A stretch of 64,000 nt of DNA from Candidatus Gastranaerophilales bacterium (GTDB lineage: Bacteria > Cyanobacteriota > Vampirovibrionia > Gastranaerophilales > Gastranaerophilaceae): NCBI GenBank assembly GCA_944323735.1, contig CALUTO010000006.1:8000-71999 (forward strand), given 5' to 3'. Shown here piece after piece: positions 1 through 11,496 of the stretch (its first letter is position 1; each line of letters opens with the position of its first letter). Made by a program: the position numbers and the translations under genes. The notes beneath the pieces were generated by a model that saw nothing but the letters and a program-made list of their open reading frames with translations, did no database searches and was not told the origin of the DNA.

Positions 1-782
1 CCCAGTCTAGAGTCCTCTTCTTTACCAATCGGTGTTTCAAGTGAAAGCGGTTCTTGCGCAACTTTGATGATTTCTCTGAGTTTTGAGATAGATATGCTCA
101 TTTCCTGTGCCAGTTCTTCTTCTGTCGGCTTTCTTGAGAGTTCCTGCGCCAGTTTTCTGGTTACTTTTTTGAGTTTGTTAATTGTTTCTACCATGTGGAC
201 AGGAATTCTGATGGTTCTGGCCTGATCTGCAATAGCTCTTGTTATAGCCTGCCTAATCCACCATGTTGCATAAGTGGAAAATTTGTAGCCCCGTTCGTGG
301 TCAAATTTTTCAGCAGCTCTGATAAGTCCGAGATTTCCTTCCTGAATAAGATCGAGGAAGAGCATGCCTCTGCCTACGTATTTTTTTGCAATACTGACAA
401 CGAGTCTCAGGTTAGCCTGAACAAGCTTTCTTTTTGCGACTGCACCTGCATCGCCGCCCTGTATAATCTTTCTTGCTAAATCAATTTCTTCATCGGCTGT
501 TAAGAGTTTAATTCTGCCGATTTCTCTTAAATACATTCTGACCGGGTCATCGAGCGAAACACCTTTTGGAACTCCTGAATCTGATATTTCATCCTGCTCG
601 TCGTCGTCCATGTAAATTTCATCAGCAACGGAGGAGGGCTTTCCGATAATAACATCCATGCTGCCTGTTGTAATTGTTTCAGGCTCGCTGAATAAGTCAT
701 CACCTGCTACATCATCAGTCTGAAGATCATCTTCATCGATTGTGCTGACGAGTGACTTATCTGACATTCTTTTTCTGCTCAT
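1..782 (-). CDS. rpoD: RNA polymerase primary sigma factor (sigma-70 family), N-terminal ~260 codons; gene continues beyond window start
   Basis: Absent from ORF track because it is open at the window edge. Hand translation of the minus strand from the ATG that overlaps the dnaG stop (TAATG) gives [11 protein letters not shown]...[28 protein letters not shown]...[80 protein letters not shown]... These are regions 1.2, 2.1-2.4 and the start of region 3 of group-1 sigma factors. Classic dnaG-rpoD gene order. Confidence 0.93.
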   Translation of the reverse strand, partial: MSRKRMSDKSLVSTIDEDDLQTDDVAGDDLFSEPETITTGSMDVIIGKPSSVADEIYMDDDEQDEISDSGVPKGVSLDDPVRMYLREIGRIKLLTADEEIDLARKIIQGGDAGAVAKRKLVQANLRLVVSIAKKYVGRGMLFLDLIQEGNLGLIRAAEKFDHERGYKFSTYATWWIRQAITRAIADQARTIRIPVHMVETINKLKKVTRKLAQELSRKPTEEELAQEMSISISKLREIIKVAQEPLSLETPIGKEEDSRL

Positions 783-2665
783 TAATTGTCTCCAGTTCTT
801 AGCTTATTTTTAATTTTTTCACGTAGTTGCATTTGATATTCAAGTGCCTGCAATTCATCGTCATTTACTTTTTTATACAGGGATTGTAAATGACTTTGTT
901 CTTCCTTTAGCTTATATGTATTAATAGTTTCGATATTCTCATGAATTACTGTTTTAAAATCCTTTTCCGACAAACCTTTGAAACTGTCGGACAAATATAT
1001 CAAATCGGTTATTAATTCTTTTATTTCATTATTATCTGCAAATTCTGCATATAGTGCTTCTGTTAATTCTTTAACATTATTTACTGTAAGTACCAGTTTG
1101 TCAATTGTATCTTTTACAATTATTAACTTTTCATTCGTATAATGTATATTTTTTAAAACAGCATTTAAAGATTGGATACTATAAACACTTTCATTTATTA
1201 AATATAGCGACAATAAATTTTTTTGCGCTTTTTCCGAAATATTTAAAGTTTTGTTAACGGCGGGAATTTGTTTTTTTGCTGCCAAAGGTGCATTTAGCTT
1301 GAGATTTGCCAGTTCTTTTTTTAATGCATATTCATCGATTTCAAGTTTAGATGCAACAATTTTTACATACTCGTCTCTGATAATATTATTTTTTATTTCA
1401 TTGAGCACGGGCACTGCTGTTTTAACAATGCTGCTTTTTTCCACAGGAGTCATGCCGGATTTTTTGAGTCCGAGTATTTTGTTGATTTGATAATCTATCA
1501 GCAGCGGCGCATTTTTAACATATTTTTTATACTCGTCTGCACCGTGTTCTTTTATAAATTCATCGGGGTCTTTCCCTTCAGGCGGCGACACTACACGTAT
1601 TTCGCATGCATATCTGTCTGCACTTATTGGAGCATAGCTTTCATCGAACTGTTTTATGTTGCCGAGTCCGTCAAAAGCTTCTTTTATAACCTGTGCGCCT
1701 CTTTCGGTCGCTTTTTGTCCGGCATTGTCCGTATCAAATGCAAGATATATTTTTCTGGATGAACTGTATCTCGAAATAAGTTTTACATGACTTTCTGTAA
1801 GTGCGGTGCCGCAGGCACCAACGCAGTTTTCGACACCGTTTACCTGAGCTGATATAACATCAAAATATCCCTCCATGATTATTACGGAATCTTCTTTTTT
1901 TATTGCGTCTTTAGCCTGATATAATCCGTATAATATGTGGCTTTTGTTGTATACCGGAGATTCTGACGAGTTTAGATATTTTGGAGAGTGTCCGTCGTCT
2001 TCAATTATTCTTGCACCGAATGCTGCAACATTTCCTTTTTCGTCAAATATAGATATCATCAGTCTGTTTCTGAAACGGTCTATGTAAGATGAACTGTTTT
2101 CTCTTTTTATTATAAGTCCTGCTTTTTCCAGTATTTCTTGTGAAAAATCGTTTTTTAAATGATTTAACAGTGTGTCATAACCTGTTGGAGAAAGTCCGAG
2201 TTTATATTTCTGAATAACAGCATCGTCAAATCCTCTTTTTTGAATGTATTGATATCCCTTTGATGTTTTATCAAGGAGCAGATTTTTTGTATAGAAATCT
2301 GAAGCTGCTTTCAATGCTTCGAGCATTCTGGTTTTGCTGCTCTGATTTTCTCCTGACTGATTAAATGATGACGGAAGTTCAATTCCGAGAAGTTCGGCCT
2401 GTTCTCTTACAACCTCGATGAAACTCTGATGATTTATTTTCATCAAAAAACTGATTACATCCCCTCCTTCTCCGCAGCCAAAACATTTGTAAATCTGTTT
2501 TGCCGGATTTACGCTGAAGGAAGGAGTCTTTTCGTTGTGAAAAGGACAAAGCCCCCAGTAATTTCCGCCGCTTTTTTTGAGAATTACATATTTTGAGACA
2601 ACATCAATTATGTCAAGTCTGTCTTTAATCTGTGTTATTACTTCTTGGTAGGATATATCACTCAT
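782..2665 (-). CDS. dnaG: DNA primase
   Basis: 627-aa ORF. CHC2 zinc finger [30 protein letters not shown] near the N-terminus. TOPRIM wording ([25 protein letters not shown]). Followed by rpoD. Confidence 0.95.
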   Translation of the reverse strand: MSDISYQEVITQIKDRLDIIDVVSKYVILKKSGGNYWGLCPFHNEKTPSFSVNPAKQIYKCFGCGEGGDVISFLMKINHQSFIEVVREQAELLGIELPSSFNQSGENQSSKTRMLEALKAASDFYTKNLLLDKTSKGYQYIQKRGFDDAVIQKYKLGLSPTGYDTLLNHLKNDFSQEILEKAGLIIKRENSSSYIDRFRNRLMISIFDEKGNVAAFGARIIEDDGHSPKYLNSSESPVYNKSHILYGLYQAKDAIKKEDSVIIMEGYFDVISAQVNGVENCVGACGTALTESHVKLISRYSSSRKIYLAFDTDNAGQKATERGAQVIKEAFDGLGNIKQFDESYAPISADRYACEIRVVSPPEGKDPDEFIKEHGADEYKKYVKNAPLLIDYQINKILGLKKSGMTPVEKSSIVKTAVPVLNEIKNNIIRDEYVKIVASKLEIDEYALKKELANLKLNAPLAAKKQIPAVNKTLNISEKAQKNLLSLYLINESVYSIQSLNAVLKNIHYTNEKLIIVKDTIDKLVLTVNNVKELTEALYAEFADNNEIKELITDLIYLSDSFKGLSEKDFKTVIHENIETINTYKLKEEQSHLQSLYKKVNDDELQALEYQMQLREKIKNKLRTGDN

Positions 2666-2732
2666 CTCAAAAACAGTATATCATAAAGAATTTTGAATGA
2701 ATAACGCCGGCTCTTTATGAAAATTTGTGTTA

Positions 2733-3299
2733 TTAATTTTGCGTCTCCTCATCAGTTTTGCTGTCCGGTACTGTCATTTCCGGCACAATCTCTGTTTCCG
2801 TAGTTTCAGCCGGAATGAGTTCTGAATTTGCGGCACCGCCTGTTTGTTCTCCTGATTCCTGCTCTTCGTCACCGTTGGGGTCAACAACTTTTACACCCAT
2901 TGTCTTTAGAGCCTGAGCAGCTTTCGGGGCAAGGGCTGTGTCTGAAAAATTTTCAAGTATGGTTTGATAGCACTCTATGGCTTCTTTTTTCATTTCCCTT
3001 GCCCGATAAAGGTTTCCTGCTTTGTAATACAGCGGGGCAAGTGTGGCATCTGGCGCAATCAGCATTTGATTGTCGAGTTTTATTTTTACACCGATGAGTT
3101 CGGAGTTTTCATCAGGCGAAAACAGTGAAGCCGAGTATACTTTTTTTGTGAGATTGTCAATAGTTTCCGACATGGCATCCATATCCTGCTGTGTAATTGC
3201 ACCTGCGGATTTTTTTGACTTTTTAGCTGCCATGCTGTCTTTTGCTGCAAGTCCGAATATTATAAAACCTATTAACAGTAAAATTAAAGTCTTTTTCAT
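2733..3299 (-). CDS. hypothetical secreted protein with TPR-like helical pair and acidic tail
   Basis: 188-aa ORF. Signal peptide MKKTLILLLIGFIIFGLAAKDSMA. TPR-like segment LYYKAGNLYRAREMKKEAIECYQTILENF. Asp/Glu/Thr-rich C-terminus. No family recognised. Confidence 0.6.
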   Translation of the reverse strand: MKKTLILLLIGFIIFGLAAKDSMAAKKSKKSAGAITQQDMDAMSETIDNLTKKVYSASLFSPDENSELIGVKIKLDNQMLIAPDATLAPLYYKAGNLYRAREMKKEAIECYQTILENFSDTALAPKAAQALKTMGVKVVDPNGDEEQESGEQTGGAANSELIPAETTETEIVPEMTVPDSKTDEETQN

Positions 3300-3356
3300 G
3301 TTATACTCCCCTGTTTAATATTCTATGATAAAAATTTGATTTTTGCACTCAATTAA

Positions 3357-4370
3357 ATGTATGATAAGTCTATGATTTCAATGCGTGAAAAAATTGCACA
3401 GATGTTTATTATGGGGCTTGAGGGCGAGAATCTGTCCGGCAAAAATCTTGTTGCCATGCTCGAACAGGGACTGGGCGGCGTTATTTTTTTTAAGGAGAAT
3501 ATAAAGACAGAGACTCAATTCAAAAACCTTATCCGTGAAATAAACTCACATGCATCAATAAAACCGTTGTTTTTAAGTATTGATCAGGAGGGCGGAAGGG
3601 TAGAACGCACGCAAAATCTTTATGGCGGTTCAAAGTATAAAAGTGCCGGAGATAGTGCATTTCTCGGTGCGGAGTTTATAAAGGAACAGACCGCAGCTAT
3701 TGCTGAAGAACTTAGAAAATTCGGGTTAAATATGAATTTTGCACCTGTGCTTGATGTGAACACAAATCCTGAAAATCCGATTATAGCTGAACGTTCTTTT
3801 TCTGATAATCCGGAAATTGTTGCTTCGTGTGCAAGAATTTCAGCAAATACATACCTTGAGCATGGAATTATTCCTGTGGGAAAACATTTTCCCGGACATG
3901 GCGATACGTCTGTTGATTCTCATATATCTATGCCTGTTGTTGATTTGAGTCTGGAAGAGCTTGAGAATGTTCATATTTATCCGTTCAAAAAGCTTATTGA
4001 TATCCCTGCGATTATGGTAGCGCACGTCTATTATCCCTGCTTTGATACGGAAAAAATCCCCGCATCAGTGTCTGTAAATATAGTAAAAAAATATCTGAGA
4101 AATACGCTGCATTATCAGGGGCTAATAATTTCCGATGATATGAAAATGGGTGGGATACAAAATTATTCTGCTTTGGAAGCCTGTAAGGCGGCTATAAAAG
4201 CGGGTGTAAATATGTTTATTTTCCGTTCCTCCGATGACGATACCGTTTCTCTGATTGATTTACTGGAAAAAGAGGTTAACTCGGGAAATATTGACGCTGC
4301 ATATATTGATTATTCATATAAAAAGATAATTGAAACAAAAGAAAGATACATAAAAAGTCAAAATTTTTAA
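3357..4370 (+). CDS. nagZ: beta-N-acetylhexosaminidase (glycoside hydrolase family 3, NagZ-type)
   Basis: 337-aa ORF with GH3 N-domain wording: LSIDQEGGRVERT, KHFPGHGDTSVDSH, ISDDMKMGG. Size fits cytoplasmic NagZ. Confidence 0.85.
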   Translation: MYDKSMISMREKIAQMFIMGLEGENLSGKNLVAMLEQGLGGVIFFKENIKTETQFKNLIREINSHASIKPLFLSIDQEGGRVERTQNLYGGSKYKSAGDSAFLGAEFIKEQTAAIAEELRKFGLNMNFAPVLDVNTNPENPIIAERSFSDNPEIVASCARISANTYLEHGIIPVGKHFPGHGDTSVDSHISMPVVDLSLEELENVHIYPFKKLIDIPAIMVAHVYYPCFDTEKIPASVSVNIVKKYLRNTLHYQGLIISDDMKMGGIQNYSALEACKAAIKAGVNMFIFRSSDDDTVSLIDLLEKEVNSGNIDAAYIDYSYKKIIETKERYIKSQNF

Positions 4371-5455
4371 ATCTTTTCCCCTGTCTCGCCTGTGGCAGCG
4401 TATTCTGTTTTTATTTCCGGCATTTGTTTTGTTGCTTTTGCGCCGAGCTCCTGCAGTCTTTCTGCCTGTCTTAGAATATTGTCTCTTCCGTTGAGCTTTA
4501 CCATTGCAGATGAAAAGCTTTTTTGTATGCTGTTTAAATCATTTAAAAGTCCTGCAAATTTATCCAGCATTTTTCCTGCAAGTGTTGCTATTTCAAGTGC
4601 ATTTTTATTCTGGCGGTTAACAATATTAAAGTTGTTTATAATTTTTAGTGCAGCAAGAAGCGTAGATGGCGATACGGGCATGATTCTGTTTTTCCACGCA
4701 AATTCCCACAGTGTACTGTCCTGACTGAAAAGAAGTATATAACAGCTTTCAACGGGAATAAACATAAGGACATATTCGGGTGAAGAAAATTCAGTTGCAT
4801 TAAAATATTCTTTTCCGGCAAGGTTTGTTATGTGTGTTTTTACGGAATTTCTGAACATTTCAAGGCTGCTTTTTGCTTCTTCCTCAGACGTTGCATTCAA
4901 ATATGCGTCATAAGATGCAAGAGTCGTTTTTGCATCAATAAAAACAGCTTTGTTGTCGGGCAGAAGAATTGCTGCATCCGGTCGTCCTGTTGAAAAACCG
5001 GTCTGGACAATATATTCTTCTCCCTTTCTGAGACCTGACAGCTCGAGCACTCTTTCCAGTATAATTTCTCCCCATCTTCCCTGCACTCTGTTATCTCCTT
5101 TTAATGCAGCGGCGAGCGAGTTTGTGTCGGTTGAGATTTTCGCACCTGTTTCTATAACTTCTTTTATATGTACGTCTAGTTTTGCAAACTGTTCATTGTT
5201 TGCGGCAGATTGTTTTTTTAATTCATCAAATTTTTCTTTGAAGGGTTCGAGAATTTCTGTTACATGTTCTTTTGTCCGGGTGGAAAAATCCTTTGTTGTT
5301 TCTTTAAAAATTTTGTTTGACAAATTTTCAAACTGCATCTGCATCTTTTCGTATAAATCAGCGTTATTGCTTTTCGGAAGCAGAAATTTTTGTATTAAAA
5401 ATACAATTGCCGCACCGAAAATTGTTCCTGCTGAAAAAATAAATGCTGTTTCCAT
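4367..5455 (-). CDS. rmuC: DNA recombination protein RmuC
   Basis: 362-aa ORF. N-terminal TM helix and coiled coil, then the RmuC core (GRWGEIILERVLELSGLRKGEEY, RPDAAILLPD, FIDAKT). Confidence 0.85.
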   Translation of the reverse strand: METAFIFSAGTIFGAAIVFLIQKFLLPKSNNADLYEKMQMQFENLSNKIFKETTKDFSTRTKEHVTEILEPFKEKFDELKKQSAANNEQFAKLDVHIKEVIETGAKISTDTNSLAAALKGDNRVQGRWGEIILERVLELSGLRKGEEYIVQTGFSTGRPDAAILLPDNKAVFIDAKTTLASYDAYLNATSEEEAKSSLEMFRNSVKTHITNLAGKEYFNATEFSSPEYVLMFIPVESCYILLFSQDSTLWEFAWKNRIMPVSPSTLLAALKIINNFNIVNRQNKNALEIATLAGKMLDKFAGLLNDLNSIQKSFSSAMVKLNGRDNILRQAERLQELGAKATKQMPEIKTEYAATGETGEKI

Positions 5456-5485
5456 AAAATCATTCTCTTATTATTTCTAATTTAA

Positions 5486-5923
5486 TTAATATGCCTGAAT
5501 TAAAAATATTTTTATGCCCTGCGCTGTTTTTTCTACCCTTTTTACATATTTAATATCAGCGGGGTCTGTTAAAATAAGAGCAACTGCCGGAGTTTTTCCT
5601 GTCATTTTTGCATAATAGAGTGACTGGCCTATACTTTCAGCCCATTTCTTTGCAAAATCAAACTCTATTGCATAATCTTTTGATAAGCAGTCCACTCTTG
5701 TTTTGTCGTACAGTACGTATTCTCTCCTGCCGAAATCGGGACTGCACCATTTTTCTACATAGTAGCCCTCTTTCATCCCCTTTTGCATTTTTTGTGTTTC
5801 ATAGAGATTTTCGGGCACCGGTTGAAATCCGCCGAAAAAATATACTGCAGCAAATACTGCAATTGCTCCGGCAATCCTTATAAAGTTCAATAATGTTTTC
5901 TTGCTCTTTGTTTTCATAAACAA
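5486..5923 (-). CDS. hypothetical membrane-anchored protein, possible PD-(D/E)XK-like fold
   Basis: 145-aa ORF. N-terminal TM helix (LLNFIRIAGAIAVFAAVYFF). The segment RVDCLSKDYAIEFDFAKKWAESIGQSLYYA has D...E-x-D/K-K spacing reminiscent of restriction-endonuclease-like nucleases. The fold call is weak. Confidence 0.55.
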   Translation of the reverse strand: MFMKTKSKKTLLNFIRIAGAIAVFAAVYFFGGFQPVPENLYETQKMQKGMKEGYYVEKWCSPDFGRREYVLYDKTRVDCLSKDYAIEFDFAKKWAESIGQSLYYAKMTGKTPAVALILTDPADIKYVKRVEKTAQGIKIFLIQAY

Positions 5924-6032
5924 ACCTTTTCTTATTTATTATATACAAAAACTTTATGCAGGGCAGAATATTTTTTGACTTGATTATTCCACATGTTTAA
6001 TTTATAACAAAACATGTAGTAATAAATACTAA

Positions 6033-7061
<1,029 letters not shown>

Positions 7062-7083
7062 TTTTTATAATACAACTGTATAT

Positions 7084-7116
7084 GGCGGCTTTATTATTAA
7101 AGCCGCCTTTATTTTT
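7084..7116 (+). terminator. intrinsic terminator after gap
   Basis: GGCGGCTTT-attatt-AAAGCCGCC followed by TTTATTTTT. Confidence 0.8.
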
Positions 7117-7149
7117 GAAAAATCTTTTATTGCATATGACAATTAATAA

Positions 7150-8292
7150 TTGCCCATGCTTTTTGTTATACAGTACAATACTTTTATGAAAATGAAAAAT
7201 GTGCTTATACTTTTTATAATTTCATTTTTATGCATTATTTTTTGCATAAATCATTTTTCATACAAATATATAGACAGAACTGTAGATGCGGCTTTCGGGG
7301 CTAAAAATATTATAGCGGCTGAGGGAAATGCTGTCAGTGTGTCAGTTCCCGTCTCTGCACACTACTCCGCAGACAAAGAATACTGTCTCAATGAAGGTGA
7401 AAAACTTCTTGTGACATTAGGTGCATCTTTTCTTGCTATCATTGCATTTCTGTCGGCAAAATTTTTGTATGGATATATATTTATTGCTCTTTTTGTTATT
7501 TTTTATTTTGTTTTATATAAAGTTCTTTCAATGTATGGAATTTACATAAATCTTGCGGCTCCGGTGCTTTCTGTTCTTGTCGTTCCCGTATTTATAAAAA
7601 CATGCAGGAAGGTTTTTACGAGCGACAAGTCAGGACGTATAAAAAAAATACTTGATAAATATATCTCAAAGGATATTACGGATAAAATAATGAAAAATCC
7701 TGACAGCGTGTCTCTGGGCGGGAAAAAAGCGGAAATAACCGTGATGTTTGCTGATATAAGAGGTTTTACTACAATTTCGGAAACACATTCTGCCGAGGAT
7801 GTTTCAGGATTTTTGAACGAATACTTTTCGGAAATCGAACCTGTTATTTTAAAGTATAACGGTGTTATAAATAAATTTATAGGCGATGCTGTTCTTGTTG
7901 TGTTCGGTGATCCTGCCCAGGATAAAGACCATGTGAAAAAAGCTGTGAAGTGTGCTTATGAATTGAAAAATACCGTAAAAAAAATACAGGAACGCTGGAT
8001 TTGTGAAGGCAAACCAAAAATTGATATAGGCATAGGCATAAATACCGGTGAAGCATTTGTCGGGAATGTCGGCACACAAAACAGGTTCGAATATACTGTT
8101 ATTGGGGATACAGTAAATATTGCAAGCCGTATTGAAGGCTATAACCGTATCTATAAAACACATGTATTAATCAGTGAAAACACATACAACAAAATTTCGC
8201 ATATTGTTGATGTAATTAAAATACGTGAAGTAGATATAAAAGGCAAATCTAAAAAAATAAACATATATGAAGTTTTGAGAATCACCGAGTAA
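7150..8292 (+). CDS. membrane-bound class III adenylate/guanylate cyclase
   Basis: 380-aa ORF (alternative start ATG ~7186). N-terminal TM helices. C-terminal cyclase domain wording: VMFADIRGFTTISE, KFIGDAVLVVFG, GINTGEAFVGNVG, YTVIGDTVNIASRIE. Confidence 0.85.
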   Translation: MPMLFVIQYNTFMKMKNVLILFIISFLCIIFCINHFSYKYIDRTVDAAFGAKNIIAAEGNAVSVSVPVSAHYSADKEYCLNEGEKLLVTLGASFLAIIAFLSAKFLYGYIFIALFVIFYFVLYKVLSMYGIYINLAAPVLSVLVVPVFIKTCRKVFTSDKSGRIKKILDKYISKDITDKIMKNPDSVSLGGKKAEITVMFADIRGFTTISETHSAEDVSGFLNEYFSEIEPVILKYNGVINKFIGDAVLVVFGDPAQDKDHVKKAVKCAYELKNTVKKIQERWICEGKPKIDIGIGINTGEAFVGNVGTQNRFEYTVIGDTVNIASRIEGYNRIYKTHVLISENTYNKISHIVDVIKIREVDIKGKSKKINIYEVLRITE

Positions 8293-10664
8293 TGAATATA
8301 GAAAAGCTAAAAGCGGCAATAGAAGTCGAGCAGAAAAACAAATATATAGACATACGAGGCCGGATGTGCAGCTTTTCCCAGTATATACTGAAGGAGCTGA
8401 CAGGCATTTATAAAAACTCAAAACGTGACCCGAAATGGCTGGTGCTTTTAAAGGAGTTTGAAACGTATGCAATGGCTAATGTTCAGACAAGAAAAAAAAC
8501 AGTCCAGCATCTTGTGTATACTCTGCATAAAGAACTTCATCCGCAGGAAACGCAAAAATCAGATATAAAAAAAACTCCGGAAGAGACTGATGTGGTTTAT
8601 ATAAAAGGTGTAGGACCAAAAGTAGGCAGTCTGCTTCACAAACTGGGTATTTACACAGCAAGGGATTTAATTTTCTATTTTCCTAAACGACATATTGATT
8701 ATTCATCAAGAACACATATATCGCAGCTTGTGCAGGGTGAAAATTCTACAGTAATAGGAACAATTCGTTCTGTGAGTGCTTTTACCTCTCCAAAAGGTCT
8801 TAGTATTGTTTCGGTAACTGTTACTGACGGTACAGGACTGCTGAAATTAAGCTTTTTCTATAAAAAATCAAATAAATTTATGCTGGAACACTATAAATCA
8901 CAGTTTACAAGGGGTGCAAATATTATTGTTTCCGGTAAGGTTAAAAGAGACAGCTATTCAGGAGGTTTTACAATAGACAAGCCTGAGTATCAGGTGCTTT
9001 CAGGTGAATTTGAAGAAAAATCGAACTTGAATCTTGCAAGGATTGTTCCGGTTTATCAGCTCGTGGAAGGACTAAATATAAAGACTCTGCGAAAAGCTAT
9101 ATACAACGCTATTGAACAATTCTACGATGATATAGATGACGTTATCCCCGAATATATAGTGAAAAGACAGGTTTTGATGAATCGTCGTGATGCAATAAAA
9201 CAAATTCATTTTCCGGATAACGAAGAGAATATGGGCAATGCAAGATTTACACTGGTATTTGAAGAGTTTTTCCTTTTGCAGTTGCAGCTTGCACTAACCA
9301 GAGAATCAAATTCCCGCCGTATAAAATCAATTGCGCTTAAAATCAAAGAGGACGGACTTGTTAAAAAGTTCTTGAAAAGTCTGCCGTTTGAACTTACCGG
9401 TGCACAGAAAAAAGCACTGAATGAAATACTTGCGGATATATCATCGGATACTCCTATGCAAAGACTGCTTCAGGGGGACGTCGGAAGCGGCAAAACCGTA
9501 GTAGCCTGTGCAATGCTTCTGTCAGCGATAGAAAACGGTTATCAGGGCACTTTGATGGCTCCCACCGAAATACTTGCCCAGCAGCATTTTAATAATTTTG
9601 TAAACTGGCTTACCCCTCTCGGGCTTTCTGTAGGACTATTTACTGGAACAAACGGTGCTAAGGTAAGAAAAAAACTGGAAACCGACCTTAAAAACGGACA
9701 GATTAACATTGCAGTGGGGACACACGCTCTTATTCAGAGTAATATTGAATTCAAAAATCTCGGCGCAATAGTTATTGACGAACAGCACAGATTCGGAGTA
9801 AAGCAGCGGCTTGAACTTATGAAAAAGGGTAACAATGCACAAATGCTTACTATGACTGCTACTCCTATTCCCCGGACTCTTGCTCTTACCACACATGGAG
9901 ATCTCGATTTTTCAATAATTGACGGGATGCCCGAAAACAGAAAACCGATTATAACAACAATTGCAACAGGTGCTCAACGTAAAAAAGCGTATTCTCTGAT
10001 TAAAGATGAGATTAATAAAGGACATCAGGCTTATGTCGTGTATCCTTTAATCGATGAAAGCGAAACACTTTCGGCAAAAGCTGCTACGATAGAAGCGCAA
10101 CGGCTGCAAACCGAAGTGTTCCCCGATATGAAAATCGGTCTGCTGCACGGAAAACTTTCTAATGATGAAAAAGACGATGTTATGAACAGGTTTAAAAATA
10201 ATGAGTTCAATGTACTTGTAGCTACAACTGTTGTCGAAGTCGGCGTAGATGTTCCTAATGCTACTGTTATGCTGATAGAAAATGCGGAACGTTTCGGGCT
10301 TTCACAGCTTCACCAGCTTAGAGGACGTGTGGGCCGTTCTTCATTGCAGTCTTATTGCATACTCTGTCCGGGTACAAAGTCCTCTCTTGACCGGTTAAAA
10401 ATAATGGAAGAAACGAACAACGGGTTTGTCATATCGGAAAAAGATTTAGAACTGCGAGGCCCCGGTGAATTTTTGGGTACAAAACAGAGCGGTATAGCCT
10501 CATTTGCACTGGCTGATATAATAAAAGACACAAAAATCCTTGAACTCGCAAGGAAAGAAGCTTTCCATCTGGTAGAGGAAAGATATGAGACCATTGACTC
10601 AAAACTCCGGCGTGAACTTGAACTGAAATTCAGCAAAGTTCAGGATTTATCACTAATTGACTAG
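8292..10664 (+). CDS. recG: ATP-dependent DNA helicase RecG
   Basis: 790 aa. Wedge/OB region, then helicase motifs GDVGSGKT, DEQHRFG, QLRGRVGR. The start overlaps the cyclase stop. Confidence 0.95.
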   Translation: MNIEKLKAAIEVEQKNKYIDIRGRMCSFSQYILKELTGIYKNSKRDPKWLVLLKEFETYAMANVQTRKKTVQHLVYTLHKELHPQETQKSDIKKTPEETDVVYIKGVGPKVGSLLHKLGIYTARDLIFYFPKRHIDYSSRTHISQLVQGENSTVIGTIRSVSAFTSPKGLSIVSVTVTDGTGLLKLSFFYKKSNKFMLEHYKSQFTRGANIIVSGKVKRDSYSGGFTIDKPEYQVLSGEFEEKSNLNLARIVPVYQLVEGLNIKTLRKAIYNAIEQFYDDIDDVIPEYIVKRQVLMNRRDAIKQIHFPDNEENMGNARFTLVFEEFFLLQLQLALTRESNSRRIKSIALKIKEDGLVKKFLKSLPFELTGAQKKALNEILADISSDTPMQRLLQGDVGSGKTVVACAMLLSAIENGYQGTLMAPTEILAQQHFNNFVNWLTPLGLSVGLFTGTNGAKVRKKLETDLKNGQINIAVGTHALIQSNIEFKNLGAIVIDEQHRFGVKQRLELMKKGNNAQMLTMTATPIPRTLALTTHGDLDFSIIDGMPENRKPIITTIATGAQRKKAYSLIKDEINKGHQAYVVYPLIDESETLSAKAATIEAQRLQTEVFPDMKIGLLHGKLSNDEKDDVMNRFKNNEFNVLVATTVVEVGVDVPNATVMLIENAERFGLSQLHQLRGRVGRSSLQSYCILCPGTKSSLDRLKIMEETNNGFVISEKDLELRGPGEFLGTKQSGIASFALADIIKDTKILELARKEAFHLVEERYETIDSKLRRELELKFSKVQDLSLID

Positions 10665-10831
10665 CTTTCTGTACTGTTTTCTATGTCTTTAGCTTTATTT
10701 GCGTAGTCTTTGACAGAAGCATTGTATTCTGCGTCCAGACATCTTAATCTGGCTTTAAGATTGTTAAGCGGATTGAATTTTAAGGATAGTGATTCCTTTG
10801 CCAGACGGCTTTCTATGTTGTTTATTTTCAT
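10661..10831 (-). CDS. small hypothetical protein (56 aa), below ORF-track cutoff
   Basis: Hand-translated: MKINNIESRLAKESLSLKFNPLNNLKARLRCLDAEYNASVKDYANKAKDIENSTES. GAGGAAAGG lies 7 nt upstream of the ATG. Its stop shares the CTAG with the recG stop. Confidence 0.35.
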   Translation of the reverse strand: MKINNIESRLAKESLSLKFNPLNNLKARLRCLDAEYNASVKDYANKAKDIENSTES

Positions 10832-10971
10832 GCTAACCTTTCCTCACCACAAATGAGTTATTAGTTTCGACTACCCCGTTTAATTTCCGGGTCTATTATT
10901 ATATAATAAAATAAAAAAAAGTACAGCAAAAAAATTGCCTAATCGGGTAATTTTTAAAAAAAGGGAATAAA

Positions 10972-11496
10972 ATGGCTGAAAAAATCATTATACTGTCAGG
11001 AAAACAATACTCCGGCAAAGACACAGCAGCGAAAATTCTGCTTGAAAAACTCAAAGATTTTAAGAGAATAGGTCTGGGTGATGCAATAAAATTAGAATAT
11101 TCTGAACAAACAGGACTAACACTTGATGAAATTTTGAAAAACAAGCATCTTTACAGACCTGATTTGATAGCCCTCGGCAACAAACGCAGAAGTGAAGATT
11201 CAGACTACTGGATAAAAAAAGTGATTGCACAAAGCGGAAACATAATTGTGCCGGATGTTAGAGTAAAACGGGAACTCGAATTTTTTAAAAATGCTTTTAA
11301 AATCAGAGTTGAGGCTGACATCGAAAAAAGGGCACAGAGAGGTAAATTGACCAGCTCTGATGACCCGACGGAAACGGCACTGGATGACGTAAAAGATTGG
11401 GATGCGGTTATTTTCAACAATTCAACTTACGTGGAATTAGAAGAGCAAACTCTCGCACTGATTGACAGAATAAATAGTTTTTTTAGTGAATTTTAA
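10972..11496 (+). CDS. P-loop kinase resembling animal-type phosphomevalonate kinase / phage dNMP kinase family
   Basis: 174 aa. [61 protein letters not shown] and [12 protein letters not shown] align block by block with human PMVK as I recall it ([68 protein letters not shown]). Confidence 0.6.
   Translation: [174 protein letters not shown]

Noticed and set aside
195-479. 94-aa + strand ORF at the window start
   Set aside because: Antisense to the sigma-70 gene, whose conserved regions 2.1-2.4 are encoded on the minus strand across exactly this interval.
4950-5480. 176-aa + strand ORF
   Set aside because: Antisense to rmuC, which has clear family motifs. This is a shadow ORF.
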